Positions 62,163 through 64,000 of a stretch of DNA of 64,000 nucleotides are shown in pieces (within the stretch, counting starts at the first letter, position 1; each line of letters begins with the position of its first letter). Source of the stretch: an uncultured Mageeibacillus sp. (lineage in GTDB: Bacteria; Bacillota; Clostridia; Saccharofermentanales; DTU023). The notes beneath the pieces are model-generated. The model was not told the origin of the DNA and did not search any database. It was given only the letters and a program-made list of their open reading frames with translations. The stretch spans positions 3,035 to 67,034 of the forward strand of contig CAZSFQ010000006.1 in NCBI GenBank assembly GCA_964606165.1, given 5' to 3'. A program made the position numbers and the translations under genes.

Positions 62163-63850
62163 AATTCATCGACATCTTCCGGATCGTCACGTTCCGCACG
62201 CCTGTGGATTGACGGCCGTATACCCGGCGGCCGCTTGTCCGGCCGGCGGTCTTCTTTTTCTTCACGCCCGAACAGGGTTTCTTTCAGTTCCTGCCAACCA
62301 TCCTCAGGGTCAGCTTGCGGACCAGTTTCAGTTCCCAGGTCTTCGGACAGCTCCTCTTCCTCTTGCGCCACCAGCGGCATGACTTCCTCATCAAATTCCG
62401 GCAGGGGACTGTCGTCTCCATCGAGATCGGCAACCGTCAGCCCGGGCTCAAAGTCAGCGGCCCGCTTGGCCCGGATAAAGAACCAGACAGCGAGAGCCAG
62501 CATCAACAAAACCACAAGCCCTGTCCCCACCACCAGGTACAAGGGCAGCTCCACGCCAAACAAATTGACTGTCAAGCCTCCGGCTGAATCCTCCGTCCCC
62601 CAGGGGTCTGTCTCAACCGGCTCTGTGTCTGAAGGGAGGTCCGGCTCTGTATCGGTGGGATCCGTGGCGGGCGATTGATAGGCGGGATCCAAAAAACTTC
62701 CCGAAACAGGCACAAGCCACAGATCGGAACGGATGAGCGAGTCGAGTACGGCATCGTACAGGCAAAGGACTTTTTCTTCCGCGTCATTGACCCGCACCGC
62801 GATCAAATAGAGATCTCCGGGCAGAAGTTTTGCTTCATCAGACAGCTCTTCGGGCTCCAATCCCGGTTCCGAAAGATGAAACAGCTGATCGTAAACAGTC
62901 TTGGAAACGAAGCTACCCTCGACCGGTTTATAGGCCGGGACATCTTTCTCCCAGACACTGACTGTCGTCAGTTCGAAACCTTGCGGGATCATTTCCCCGG
63001 GAATCACCGAAAAGGTATAAAAACGCGACGACCATCCCGTCCGCAGATAGGGAACGAAAACCGAAATATCCGTATCGTAAAGGTAAAAACGATTTTCCCC
63101 TTGCCTGTCAGTCAGCCAATAGAGCGTATAGGGCAGGGTTTCCGATCTGTACCCTTCCAGGTACTTGCCTTGCCACTCTATTTCCGCCGGCACATACGAA
63201 TTCGGGATGATTTCATCCTCCGGCAGGGATACGGGAACAGAAAGCTCAACTCCATCGTACCGTTTGCCGATGACGGTTTCCCCCGGATGTCGCGGCTGCG
63301 TTTCTTTGGGAGTCGTAGTCGTGGTAGTCCGGGGGGCAGTCGTGGTGGTCGGGGGAGGGTCGGACAGGGTGATGGTCCGGGAAGCGCCTGTGGAAATACT
63401 ATTTTCCACTGGGTCATACACACCATCGCTGGCCTTGGTGATCTTGATGGTCACCGATCCCTTTGCAATTACTTTGAACTTGATGCTGATGATCTTGTCA
63501 GCTGCCTTGGCGCTACCCATGTAAGCAAATACTGCTGTCATAGGAGAAGTACTCCCGATGCTCACTTCATTTGTCAGACCCGACACGTTACTGGCGCTGA
63601 CGTACTGGATCAAGTTGTTATCATACTCGATTGTGAAGCTGCAGCTGAGGGTATCAGCCTTGGGGCTGAAGCCGAGCGTGACCGTGAAGGTCTGCCCCAG
63701 ATAGGCTGTTTCCGGTGCCGAGATGGTGGCCTGTCGGTTGATGGCGTAAGCATCCGCCCCTGGCAAAGCCAAAAATATCAGCAAACCCGCGATCAACAAG
63801 GCAGACAGTTTCTTTATTTTCATAGACTCAACGCACGTTCTTTCTTTCAT
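62159..63850 (-). CDS. surface/membrane protein with an N-terminal cohesin-like domain, a Pro/Thr linker, a TM helix and an acidic cytoplasmic tail
   Basis: Signal peptide (KKLSALLIAGLLIFLALPGADA), a cohesin-like beta domain (FTVTLGFSPKADTLSCSFTIEYDNNLIQYV), PPPTTTTAPRTTTTTTP and a TM helix LYLVVGTGLVVLLMLALAVWFFI. An alternative start is the ATG at 63823. Confidence 0.65.
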   Translation of the reverse strand: MKERTCVESMKIKKLSALLIAGLLIFLALPGADAYAINRQATISAPETAYLGQTFTVTLGFSPKADTLSCSFTIEYDNNLIQYVSASNVSGLTNEVSIGSTSPMTAVFAYMGSAKAADKIISIKFKVIAKGSVTIKITKASDGVYDPVENSISTGASRTITLSDPPPTTTTAPRTTTTTTPKETQPRHPGETVIGKRYDGVELSVPVSLPEDEIIPNSYVPAEIEWQGKYLEGYRSETLPYTLYWLTDRQGENRFYLYDTDISVFVPYLRTGWSSRFYTFSVIPGEMIPQGFELTTVSVWEKDVPAYKPVEGSFVSKTVYDQLFHLSEPGLEPEELSDEAKLLPGDLYLIAVRVNDAEEKVLCLYDAVLDSLIRSDLWLVPVSGSFLDPAYQSPATDPTDTEPDLPSDTEPVETDPWGTEDSAGGLTVNLFGVELPLYLVVGTGLVVLLMLALAVWFFIRAKRAADFEPGLTVADLDGDDSPLPEFDEEVMPLVAQEEEELSEDLGTETGPQADPEDGWQELKETLFGREEKEDRRPDKRPPGIRPSIHRRAERDDPEDVDEL

Positions 63851-63860
63851 TTCAATTAAA

Positions 63861-63879
63861 AACCCGGGAACCCCCGGTT
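63861..63879 (-). terminator. short GC hairpin plus T-run downstream of the partial upstream gene
   Basis: On the minus strand: CCGGG ggtt CCCGG followed by GTTTTT. Confidence 0.4.
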
Positions 63880-63925
63880 CAATCGCAAAAAAATTATAGA
63901 CCTTGCAAGCCGGCCCTGACCATGG

Positions 63926-64000
63926 TCAGTCCTGCTTGATCAGCTTGCCCCTGACCATGGAGTCAATGACATAGGACAGGTCGATGGCGTTTATCGTGCC
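63926..64000 (-). CDS. 3' end of an unidentified gene (continues beyond the window)
   Basis: Open frame ...GTINAIDLSYVIDSMVRGKLIKQD-stop. It is too short to assign. Confidence 0.3.
   Translation of the reverse strand, partial: GTINAIDLSYVIDSMVRGKLIKQD

Noticed and set aside
63916-63929. Palindrome CTGACCATGGTCAG over the stop codon of the partial gene, with CCTGACCATGG repeated 36 nt away.
   Set aside because: It is short, lies within coding sequence and has no flanking terminator or repeat structure. It is likely coincidental.
1-64000. A search for CRISPR arrays, tRNA/rRNA genes, transposases, integrases, prophage genes or long direct repeats.
   Set aside because: None was seen. All intergenic regions are shorter than 270 nt and are accounted for by promoters, terminators or operators. 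The only notable repeat is the internal domain duplication in the lipoprotein gene.

Overview
This is a 64-kb chromosomal window from a fairly high-GC Firmicutes/Clostridia-type genome. That placement is inferred from gene content: RemA, RqcH, RNase J, HemZ, a DHHW/MBOAT pair, an LCP protein, tsaE-tsaB-rimI, and ruvABC. The window is almost entirely coding and mostly housekeeping: thrS, deoD, ruvABC, rpsT, rnj, rel-recJ, rpsU, ileS, ppdK, glyQS, rpoZ-gmk-remA-yicC, uvrC, rplM-rpsI and folC. I saw no rRNA, tRNA, CRISPR array, transposase or integrase. The items most worth a second look are listed below.

1. A peroxiredoxin has an in-frame TGA exactly at the peroxidatic-Cys codon, followed by a SECIS-like hairpin. 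It is a PrxU-type selenoprotein that the ORF track truncates. It forms an operon with a PerR-like Fur regulator, behind a 31-bp perfect palindrome containing Fur-family 7-1-7 boxes.
2. A roughly 1.2-kb low-GC islet carries a solitary gene fusing an MqsA/YgiT-like zinc ribbon, an HTH and a Panacea (DUF4065) antitoxin-type domain. A 32-bp perfect palindrome abuts its promoter, and no toxin partner is recognisable.
3. A putative extracytosolic flavinylation module: a duplicated PplA-like lipoprotein with non-canonical acceptor motifs, ApbE, a Gx-transmembrane (S-component-like) protein and a NusG-II protein.
4. A tightly packed envelope operon contains a threonine-synthase homologue that has lost its PLP lysine, a GtrA::FolC fusion and a cohesin-like surface protein.
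5. Several degenerate paralogues: an IspF-like protein with a zinc-ligand His changed to Asn, an HPr-like protein without His15, and a frameshifted DUF3810 gene.

All domain calls come from reading the translated ORFs for motifs. No database search was run.
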